DNA from: Octopus sinensis
Lineage: Eukaryota
NCBI RefSeq assembly: GCF_006345805.1
Contig: NC_043005.1
Location: 69,750,001-69,814,000, forward strand
DNA length: 64,000 nt
Direction of reading: 5' to 3'
This document shows positions 53,410 to 64,000 of this stretch, piece after piece (the stretch's first letter is position 1; every line of letters starts with the position of its first letter). Under the pieces are notes generated by a model, which saw only the letters and a list, made by a program, of their open reading frames with translations, was not told the origin of the DNA and ran no database searches. A program made the position numbers and the translations under genes.

Positions 53410-53667
53410 GATGGGCTACAGCCAATATTCTGCTCAATACCACAGATTTACGTGTCAGTTGTTTGACCTTAACCATTTGAGCATGTTCCTTAGTGGCTGA
53501 CGATATGTGCATCGCTGATCACAAGCAGAAGTAGTGGGGGAGCATCATAGCCATGTGTTGAGAGGGATTCTTTGGGGTTTGAATAATTCACCTGTGGAAA
53601 CATGGGTGGTTCTTTCAACATCCTTAAACAACCCTTATTCAGGGACCTTTTGAGCGGGATGGGCTAC
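53405..53667 (+). mobile_element. TAA-embedded ORF-less repeat family, central fragment
   Basis: Aligns to 50418-50685; (TAA)n on both sides. Confidence 0.85.
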
Positions 53668-53705
53668 TATTAATAATAATAATAATAATGATAATAATAA
53701 TAATA

Positions 53706-53749
<44 letters not shown>

Positions 53750-54942
53750 CTGGAAATTCTAACTTGTCTCCTAGGGTAGACTTCGAGTCAACTTGTGCAA
53801 ATGCAATGTTTATCTGATTCAGGCATGCATCAGAAAATTTGAGGAACGATGTATCACGATAATACCGATCCAAAGTCTTAACTATTGCACCCATACGTAT
53901 TAAAAGCAAAGTTAGCCTCCACTAAAATATATGAGATCATGCAATTACATAATAAGTATTCTCCAGCGCTGTAACGCTTCTGCTATCGTGTCACACTTGA
54001 TCTATCAGCAATATACCGTTCGTCAAGTATACTTTGCAACTGAAACGGCATCAAAATTCAGCAGATTTATCTAATCTCCTATCTGTGTCCCTGTTTTACT
54101 CAGGAATTTATGCTCCACTTTATTCACCACATTTTACGTAATGTTATAATATATGCAAACGATTAGCTTTATCCGACTACATTAGTATTTAGTGTCTATT
54201 AATTGACTCGAATAGAAATGAGTGTCAGATATCCATTTGGGGTTTATTAAAGCAGGAAGTACAAAAAGAAAAAGAAAGGCGACGGAGAAATGTAGGCAGA
54301 AACTTGTCAGTTCCTATAATTCTTTCTTGGTATTGAGGCCACCATTAATGCCATACATGTTTACACAATGAAGGACAATTATACATCACGTTAACATACA
54401 AGGCACATCTACCAGTCTATCTATCTATCTATCTATCCATATATTATCTACCTCTCTCTTTTTCTCTCTCTCTCTCTATATATATATATATGTATATATA
54501 TATATACACGTATTTATGTACACATATGTATAAACGTATATTTACATACGTGTATATATACAGATCTCTCTCTCTATATATATATATGTATGTGTGTGTA
54601 TACATGAACATATAATATATATATATATATATATATGTATTTGTTTCCAAATATGAATTTATTTCCAATAAAACCAAAAGCATCAAATACATATAAATTT
54701 GACGTAAAGGCAGTTTTGTGTTGCATGTTACTTTTATTTATATTTATATTTCACATAAACGTATAAAAACATTAGATTTTTTGGATACTTGCTTATATTT
54801 TCTCTTGATCGATAAATCAAAATTTACAATAATTTAGAAAATATATATATATATATAAAATGTAGGTGTAAGCAAATTAAAACATCATTGAAGTTGGTAG
54901 ATTTGAAATATGCATTAAGAAAAGATTATTTTCAGTGCTTAT

Positions 54943-54989
<47 letters not shown>

Positions 54990-55624
54990 GTCTACGTATG
55001 TCTGTGTGTATGCACAGGCATATGTGTGAAATTGCGTATGTATGTATGTATGTATGTTTGTATGTATGTATACAATGTTTATTTCTTACTGAATTACCAA
55101 TCATACGAAAATTTCTTTTGTAAATACATAAAATTATGATATTTATTGAGTTGTACTTTTTAAAATTTTTGTTGCGTTTTCCTTTTTATAATTCTTTTAA
55201 TCAATATACTTCACAGTATGCGTGTTGAAATTTTAATTGTAATGGAAAAAATTTTTGCTCGCCACTTCTTTTCTTTTTACGTTTTCAAAAACTTGAACAC
55301 TTCACGAATTTTTGTTGTACAATATCTTAGAATTTTTCTTTAAAAATTTTTAAGAGCGATTGCAAAGGATTGGTTAATGACGTTCAATAAAAAGAAAAAA
55401 AAAACCCGAAGATATTTAACAAAATTTAATGATTGGTAAAGTAAGATAAATATACACGTAGTGATAATATTGGTTTCTTCTCTTCACTTGAAGGCTGAAA
55501 AAAATTGGTTCATAAGACAGATTTTTCTAAGGAGCTGAACCCTTCTATAAGATAATATATATATAAAGTATAATTTATCTCAGCACGCACGTGGGCGCGC
55601 TAATATATGCATATGCTGCTGAAG

Positions 55625-55800
55625 TGGGGAACCCATGGCTTAGTGGTTATGTTGCAGCGCTCAGGAGAGGAAGACTAAGGTTTTGATTCTTGGAATGGTG
55701 ATGCATTGTGTGCTTGAGCGAATCACTTTCATTCAGGTTGACCCAGTCCATCAGCTGTTGAATTTAAGTAATCCTGCTACAGACCGGCGTACTAGACTTA
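55625..55800 (+). mobile_element. Degenerate tRNA-derived SINE related to family D
   Basis: A box tggcttagtgg; tgtgtgcttgagcgaatcactttcattcaggttgacccagtccatcagctg. Confidence 0.55.
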
Positions 55801-56713
55801 TGTGTCTACGGCTCGTTAACGACCTTTGATCTTCGTTGTGGGATATAAAAATTTATAAACTTCCATATTTACATTTTAATCCTACTATGTTTAGTACGTT
55901 GATAAATTCATATTATTATACATTATTTCATAATTTTTTTTTAATGTTTTAATAGATACCGAATGAAGGTATCATATTATACGGGGAACTGATAATTTCG
56001 ATACAGTTAGGGAAAGGTGATCCACCAATGGGATGAAGGCAGCGATATTGAACAATATGCCAAAATCCCCACGCGTAAAATGATTCACTCTGCCAACTGC
56101 AAGAGTAGCGGAATTTAAATAGTCGATTAAAATAATTATTGTTTCAAAGGGAAACTATATTTGTCATAATTACTAGGAGAATGCTGTCATTTAAAGGGCT
56201 CACACTTGTTACCTTGTATCAGATTCAGCAGCAAGTAATATTGGTTACGTGTCACTGATCTTTATCTAAAGAGATGTTTTGCTAAAGAATCTTCGATGAA
56301 CCCCAATATTTTAAGTGAGTTTTATTTTATAAACGAACCCATTGTTGAAGTTCACCTGTCAGAATTAAAGCATGTCTAAAAAAAACTAGATTATATTTCA
56401 TTATTATGTTCAGGCGAGTACTCAATCGATTGGAATGCGACTTCAATATGTGTGATGTCTAGCAATTCGAATACATGGAAGCATATGATCAAACAAACAT
56501 GCGTACGCATCTAATTAGCTCTCCCACTCCTTATATATATATATATATATATGTGTGTATGTGTGTCTGTATGTACGTATACATCTATATCAATCTATAT
56601 ACTGTATACAATATATATATATATATATATTATATATTTTTATATTTTATTTAGTTTCAGCTCACGAGCTGTGGCAAAGCTGGGGCACCGCCATTTAAAA
56701 TATTAGAAAAAAA

Positions 56714-56860
56714 ACACCTTTTATCAATTCAAAATGAATAATTAAATACACCATCTAGAAAAATACATATAATAGAAAAGTTAAAATTAAAATAACAATT
56801 AAAAAGTAAGGTTTAAGTAAATTACAAAAATAATATAATGTATATAATAGGTATAATATA

Positions 56861-56917
<57 letters not shown>

Positions 56918-57055
56918 TATACCTATTATATACATTATATATTTTTGTAATTTACTTAAACCTTACTTTTTAATTGTTATTTTAATTTTAACTTTTCTAT
57001 TATATGTAATTTTCTAGATGGTTTAATTTAATTATTCATTTTGAATTGATAAAAG

Positions 57056-57059
<4 letters not shown>
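56714..57059. repeat. ~345-bp near-perfect AT-rich palindrome centred on (TA)n
   Basis: 56714-56857 versus the reverse complement of 56916-57059 differs at only a few positions by eye. Confidence 0.93.
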
Positions 57060-57147
<88 letters not shown>

Positions 57148-57175
57148 GATATATATAATCTATATCTATCTATTG

Positions 57176-57230
<55 letters not shown>

Positions 57231-57454
57231 CGTTGAATGTAAATAATGTAAATAAATTAAGTTTTTCGGCCAAACACGAGGTTGATGGTTTAACGCCGGC
57301 AAGAAATCCTCCAACGGATATAACAACAGAATTAGGAGAGGAGAAAAGATTGACCAGTATGCTAGGCGTCCGGTGGCAAAAATGCAGGAAATATAAAATC
57401 AGTCACGGGTCACGTGTGGGTAGCAGATATAGGGGAAGACAGATGGGAGAGAGT

Positions 57455-57487
<33 letters not shown>

Positions 57488-57789
57488 GAGCAGAAAACAG
57501 GGGAAGGGGGAGAAAGTCTACAATTAAGTGTGAAGAAACGAGAGAAAACGAGAGAGGTGTAGGTGTTTTAGAAAGGGAATATTAGGACGAGAGACAAAGA
57601 AAGGAAGAACGATACATAGAGTCATAAAAAATAATAAAAGTAAAATAAACAGTTTAAACTGGTATATGTTAAGTTATTAACATAATATGATAAAATATGA
57701 TATTATTATTATCATATAACATAAATATATTCCCTACAATTTTTTTTCCAATTCAGGCACAAAAACTGAAAATTATATATTATTTTCGT

Positions 57790-59810
57790 TTTTCTTGTTT
57801 CAGCTCAGAGATGCGGCCATGCTGATGCACTGCCGTTTTGTGCTACACTGTTATTACTAAGAGCCTCCTCTAATATGTGGCACTTGGTGAAGAATGGAAT
57901 TTGATATAGCTACCCTCATTTGCACCTCTTGCCGTGAGGTAGGTTCATCTGGGACTCTCGACAGGAAGATGTCCAGCTTTGATTTAAAAACTACTACATC
58001 TACTTTGTGCAAGTTCCTCAGACTCTTTGGGAGAATATTAAAAAGCTGTGGGCCCTTGAAACCCAGGCTGTTGCAGTAGCTGTTCCTGAAGCGTGATGGC
58101 ATTACTGGGATCTTAGGCACTATGTAGTGTCGTCCCGTTATAGCATTGGTGTAGCTTACAATGCCAAAATTTGGCATAATTCCTTCCAGGGTCTTCCAGA
58201 TATATATTACTGCATACTTCTCCCGTCTTCTCTCCAGGGAGTAGAGTCTTAGCTGTTTCAACATTTCCCAGTAGCTGAGCTGTTGCAAAGAGACGATCTG
58301 CTTTGTGAAATTTCTCTGGATTGCTTCTAGGTGCGCTGTTTTTTTCAGACTAGTGGGTGACCATAGCTGTGAGCAGTAATCCAGGCGGCTGAGGACGAAT
58401 GTCCGCCAGAGGACCATCATAGTTTCCTTATCTCTGGTTCTGAATGTTCTTAGGATCCATCCAGCCAGTCGTCTGCACTTTGTCGCCATCCTGGTAATGT
58501 GCACTTGGAAAGAGGTATCATCACTCATGTTGATATCCAGGTCCCTCACAGACTTAGGCTCTGGGATTGATATTCCATGTGGACCGGTGTACCCTGTAAG
58601 TTTAATATTCAGTTTTGGTTGCTGGTAGCGCAGGGTCTGGAATTTTTCAGCATTAAACTGCATATTATTATCTTCAGCCCATCTGTAGATTGAGTTCAAA
58701 TCCTGCTGCAGGTGTGCAACATAGCTGGTGTTCTGTATTTTCTGAGAGACTTTCGTATCGTCTGCATAGCTTGCCAGAGTGGCTATCCGGGCATTTGAGG
58801 GCATATCTGAGAGGGCCACTATAAAAAGCAGTGGTCCCAAGACAGTGCCCTGTGGAACACCGCTCACTCTTTCTGTGTTCATAGAGGTGGCTCCATTAAC
58901 CACTACTGCCTGACGCCTATCTTTCAGGAAGTCATGTAACCACACTCCAAGTTTTCCAGCTATGCCGAGGTCACGCAATTTGTGGCATATCATACCATGA
59001 TCCACCTTGTCAAAAGCTTTTGTAAAATCAAGGTAGAGTACGTCCACCTTTGATTTGTGGAGTAACTACCTCAAAATCCAGTCCTAATGTTGTAAGAGCT
59101 GGGTCAGGCAGCTCCTACCTGGTCGAAAACCATGCTGGGTGTCACTCAGCAAGTTATTTTCCTCAAGGAATGCAATTACTTTCCTTCTGACTATCCGTTC
59201 CATGTATTTGCTGATGTGTGAAGTCAGAGAGTTAGGCCTATAGTTTTTGGCATCTGCTCTACTTCCCCCTTTTATGTGATTGGCATATTATTCCCTCCTT
59301 CAGCTTGCTTGGCAGTTTGCCATTTGTAAGAATGCTCTGGAAGAGAATCTTGAGGGGTTTTGCCAGAGCATGCTTACACGCATTGAGGACGATTGCTGGG
59401 AAACCATAAGGACCAGCAGTTGAGTTTGTGTCCACTTCATCTATGGCTAGTAGGACATATTCTTCGCTAATGTCAATATATTTTATTGTAACTGCCTCGC
59501 TGGTTATAGGTGAGGCGACAAAGAAGTCCGCTTGTTCGTTCACTTGTCTGTGTACCAACGGGATGGGAAAGACACTTTTGAACTGGTCATTGAGTATCTC
59601 ACTGATCTTAGTCGGACTGTCTGTGAGGGAGCCATCGTTTTGGAGGAGGGGTCCTATCTTGTATTTTACTGAGACTATTTCTTTCGCGTAATGAAGGAAG
59701 TTGATCTTTGGGTTTGATATAATGTTTTTATAGCCCAGGCTTCTTTGCTTTCTCACTCACATAGGATCGTTGCAGCCTTTTTTCGATCTCCTTCAGTGTT
59801 GATTTATGGA
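57790..59810 (-). mobile_element. CR1-type LINE, 5'-truncated, RT region largely intact
   Basis: 396-aa frame with DVLYLDFTKAFDKVDH, SGVPQGTVLGPLLF, YADDTK, LDYCSQLWSP and LYSLERRR. Upstream NYRPNSLTS..QHGFRPGRSCLTQL contains stops. The 3' tail reads cagcatggccgcatctctgagctgaaac. Confidence 0.95.
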
Positions 59811-61295
59811 AATATTTGAGTAAGAATTAATTGACATATTTAATTCTAATTATTAACGCTCAGAATCACAAGCATAAATATATATTTAGTAAATCTGATT
59901 TACGATTTCAAACTCTTCATATGTACTTTTCCTCTAGTTTACTGTTATGAGATTATTACTCAGATATTTCCGTAATATAAAATTTTGTTTTTGAATTTGA
60001 ATTCAAACTATTGTAGCAGTTATATTTATTCAATATTATAATAATAATATGATATTTTATTATATTATGTTACTAAATGAACATATATGAGTTTAAACTC
60101 TCTATTTTCCTTTTGTTATTGTATATTATATACACATATCCAGTTGCATTGGAGAAAATGTTCCTACTATATTGGGTACTAAACGGATAACCAGTGAAAA
60201 CCGGATGTCGTATATCGCTATAAGAGAAGCTTGTTTCCTTTAGCAGCAAATATATTTAGAAGCGAATATTTATATAGATATTAATATCGTTATTATTGGA
60301 GACAATGCAAATAGTTTATAATTTTAACAATATTAATATATGTGGTTGCATGCCTTAATCAGCATTGTATAAATAGAGAATTAAAGTTACATTAATCAAA
60401 AGGCACATTAAAGTATCTACCCGCTAGAAATAAGAGTTACAAGCCTCATTTAGACCACCACAAAATATTTACACTGAAAATGACAGTCTAGCGGGTAGAG
60501 ACTTAAATGTGTCTTTTGATTAATATAAGTTTAAATCTATAGCGATATAATGCTGATTTAGGTGTGTAATTATATTTATACATATACATATATATGTGTG
60601 CGCATTTGTGTGTGAGTGTATGTGTATGTTTGTCTCTGTGTTTGACCCCGCGATCGCATCACAAACGGTGTTATTGTTTACATCCCCTAAGTTAGCTAAT
60701 CGGAAAAAGATAAGGACAAAATCAGTAGAAGCCTTAAAATGTAACTATTGTGGTCCCTTTCTTAGGCTAAACTCTTCACGGTCTTGTCCCTATACATAAT
60801 ATTCCTTTTCTAAAACCCCTACACCTCTCAACTTCTCTCTCGTTTTCTCACACTTAATTGTCCACTTTCTCCCTTCCTTCCCCTCCCCTGTTTTCTCTCT
60901 CTCTCTCTGTCTCTCCCTCTCCCCATCCTTCTTCACTTATATCTGCTGCTATCTTTGCTACTAATTCAAGCCTCTTTCTGTTCACCTCCCTCTTCTCTCA
61001 TACCTTTCTACACGCCTTTATAATCCCCATCTGCAACTGAACTAATCTTCCCTCATTGTCGTTCCTTTTCTCACTATGCCAACTTCCAATAATTCTATAT
61101 CTATTGTCCTCGAACATTGACAAACCCAACACAATTGATATCATTTAAATACTATCTTCCTTACCTTCCTATTCATCTCTCAACTTTCCCCCTCTACTAC
61201 TACCCAATTTAGTACCACATTGTTACCTCTCCTTGAACTATCTGCAAGAAGAGTGAACTATTTTTTCTCATCTCACCATTCCTACTCTTAATACC

Positions 61296-61528
61296 TATTT
61301 CTTTACTACCCAGAAGGGGCTAAACACAGAGAGGACAAACAAGGACAAACAAACGGATTAAGTCGAATATATCGACTACCGTGCGTAACTAGTACTTATT
61401 TAATCGACCACGAAAGGATGAAAGGCAAAGTCGACCTCGGGGCAATTTGAACTCAGAACGTAGCGGCAGACGAAATACCACTAAGCATTTCGCCCGGCGT
61501 GGTAACGATTCTACCAGCTCGCCGCCTT
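61296..61528 (-). mobile_element. SINE family B
   Basis: End-to-end match to 21841-22072. Confidence 0.85.
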
Positions 61529-61777
61529 TACCACACATAATACCACGAACTTCCTACCCCCACTCTAATACGGGTAGTTCTCCACATTTGTTCATTCCAC
61601 CTTTAAACGTCGCTGCATTGAGTTCTGAAATGTAAGATCTTCTCTACCCAGATGACAGAGATCTGTCTTATCCAATTCTAATTGTATCTATATGGCTGCA
61701 TATTTTAATGAACTACAACCACCAACATAATTATGGATCTCGGAACCCTCAGAAATAGCAGTTGGACTTATAACACA

Positions 61778-62290
61778 CTAGCAGTATCGCCCGGCGTTGC
61801 TCGGGTTTGTAAGGGAAATAACTATATAAGCATTTTTAGAGAGTTACTTCCCTTATAGATGCCAATTCGGGCTTTCTTAGCCATTTCTGTTTTGGTGTCT
61901 TCAAGCCATGAAGTCGTTGTTCTAAAAGAACGCTGGTCTCCTTGACAATACTTTACGACGTTGATTTCCTTACACTCCCTTCCCCACAGCTTCACGAGGG
62001 AGGGAAGAAGGGGGAGAAGCAAATAGGTGCATGTGTGACCATGGACGCCAACACCGTCGCCATCGACACACGAAAAATTATGCATTAAAATGGAATAAAA
62101 AATGATGTTAAATTATTTTTAAAATTGTAGACTCATCGTAGACGCGCGCTAATACTCAGACGGGCTCGATATGAATCACGACTATAAGATACCCGAATTT
62201 GGTTAAACTGCACCGAAAAATGTGGGAGTAGTTAGGAATCTAAATCGAAGGGGACAGACACTCACACAACTACAGTTTTATATATATAGA
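61778..62290 (-). mobile_element. Non-autonomous Helitron with canonical termini
   Basis: On the minus strand: 5' A|TC at 62290, a GC-rich subterminal hairpin (61790-61805), and 3' CTAG|T at 61778. Confidence 0.8.
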
Positions 62291-62939
62291 TTTCTTCCAC
62301 CACGTTCATTTTCTTTGTCATTTGTACCCTGTCTTATTTCAGCATATTAATATAAATAGTTATCAATTTATACTTTAAAATTCATATTTGGATCATTTCC
62401 TCCTTTTGCTTTCGCTCGTATACGAAACACATATTTTGTATTTCAAACCCAAACTGCTATATTTAATATATTTAATATGTCGCATATCTTTATCCGCATC
62501 CTTGCATCTTTTTCATTAAAGATATAGATTCTGATTGCATCTTCCATGTGTCAACATGTACATCCTTGAGACAATGTAACCTTAACTTTATTCATAATAA
62601 CTTTGGCCTGAAGAGTAGCCGGCGGTATACACCTATCTTGATTTTTAACCACTTCTTAGGTTCCACACGCTATAAAACCTATGTAGCCTGGATCTTAGTT
62701 AATCCATTCCGCAACTATTGTATTCGTATTCACACAACCGGCAATACTGGTCGTCTACCGTGGAATATAAAAAGAACAGCTTATCAGTCTTCGGTACGAA
62801 AAATCCACAAACTTTCGTATCAATGAATCACTATCGTCCCGGAATTATTTTTATATTTACTACGAATTGCTTGTATATAACTTTCTTTCTAAACTTCGTT
62901 CCCTAGTTCTGACATATACACACAGAGACACAGACACAG

Positions 62940-63005
<66 letters not shown>

Positions 63006-63263
63006 GCATACACAAACACACACGAGTAGGCGCATAAATGCAAAAGTGGGTGCAAAGAAATATGGGATACCGAAGGAAGAGTAATATGTTTTCGCATAAA
63101 GGCTGCAAAACCATCACGAAAAACTGTTCCTTAGACTTTCACGTTTCCGTTCGTCGGACACTTGTGATAACGAGACTGGAATAAACTAAGGTTAACAGTA
63201 TTTTCTAACTTTTTGGCAGCTCTAATAAGTATAAATGTATATTTATATATATACACACAGAAA

Positions 63264-63299
<36 letters not shown>

Positions 63300-63306
<7 letters not shown>

Positions 63307-63556
63307 ATTAGAGATAAAACCACTCTTAGGCAAATCAAACAGATAAATAAATAAATTAATTAATTAATAAAATAATATATAAATATAAAAATATACATAT
63401 ATATATATTTGTATGTATATATATAACATTTATAAGTTTAATTATTTAAATGATTTTTTTACTTTTACTTTTATATTTTTAAATTCATTTTATGTATTGG
63501 CTTATGTTTTTCACTGTTTGATTTACCTAATAGTGGTTTCATCTCTAATTTAATAT
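63300..63556. repeat. Inverted 43-bp arms around an AT-rich core, flanked by TA-rich runs
   Basis: atattaaattagagataaaaccactcttaggcaaatcaaacag / ctgtttgatttacctaatagtggtttcatctctaatttaatat, three mismatches. Confidence 0.85.
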
Positions 63557-63662
63557 AATATAATATAATATAATATATTTATACTATAAAATTGGATTGA
63601 AACCTAAATCTAAGTTTTCCTGTAAGTTTGGATTTATTCCCTAATATTATTATTATTATTAT

Positions 63663-63696
<34 letters not shown>

Positions 63697-64000
63697 ATTT
63701 TTATCACATTTAATTTTAATTCATTCATTTTCTATCATTCTATAATACCCCAGGATGTTACCACATTGTTCAAATATATGTATAACCATTATATTTGCTG
63801 CAAATTAATTCATGTATACACATACAGGCTGCTAGGTTACAAGAGTATATGAGTAGATGGGTATATATCAATAACAGATAGGTATATATACACGTATAAG
63901 GTAGTTACTACATGGGGGAGCATATATGTGCATATATGAATTCGTATACGATTGCACATGTATGTACTCAAGTATCTGTAATTGCTTATAATATCCAAGT

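Noticed and set aside
57173-57562. 129-aa plus-strand ORF
   Set aside because: It starts in (TATC)n and runs through a GA-rich repeat, with no recognisable domain
63131-63162. Minus-strand ccgacga-acg(gaaa)cgt-gaaagtc hammerhead-like string
   Set aside because: U4 is changed, stem III is missing and the flanks do not form stem I

Overview
AT-rich eukaryotic non-coding DNA, densely filled with microsatellites ((TA)n, (TAA)n, (CATA)n, (GATA)n, (ACT)n) and transposon relics. The SINE, LINE and Penelope-like families look like coleoid cephalopod (octopus-type) repeats; this is pattern recognition and is not verified. I found no host protein-coding gene that I can support. The recognisable coding sequence is all transposon-derived: two fairly intact 5'-truncated CR1-type LINEs, four R4/Dong-type RLE LINE fragments, a HERO-type fragment, Penelope-like (PLE) fragments, mariner and rosa/DD41D-type transposase relics and a canonical non-autonomous Helitron. 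Most ORFs in the supplied track are translations of microsatellites. The most interesting signals are: (i) a tRNA-like head joined through (TAA)n to a minimal type-I hammerhead ribozyme relic; (ii) an ORF-less ~560-bp repeat family that, like the R4/Dong LINEs, always sits in (TAA)n tracts with the same polarity; (iii) several near-perfect palindromes centred on or bounded by (TA)n. All alignments were done by eye and boundaries are approximate unless termini are quoted.
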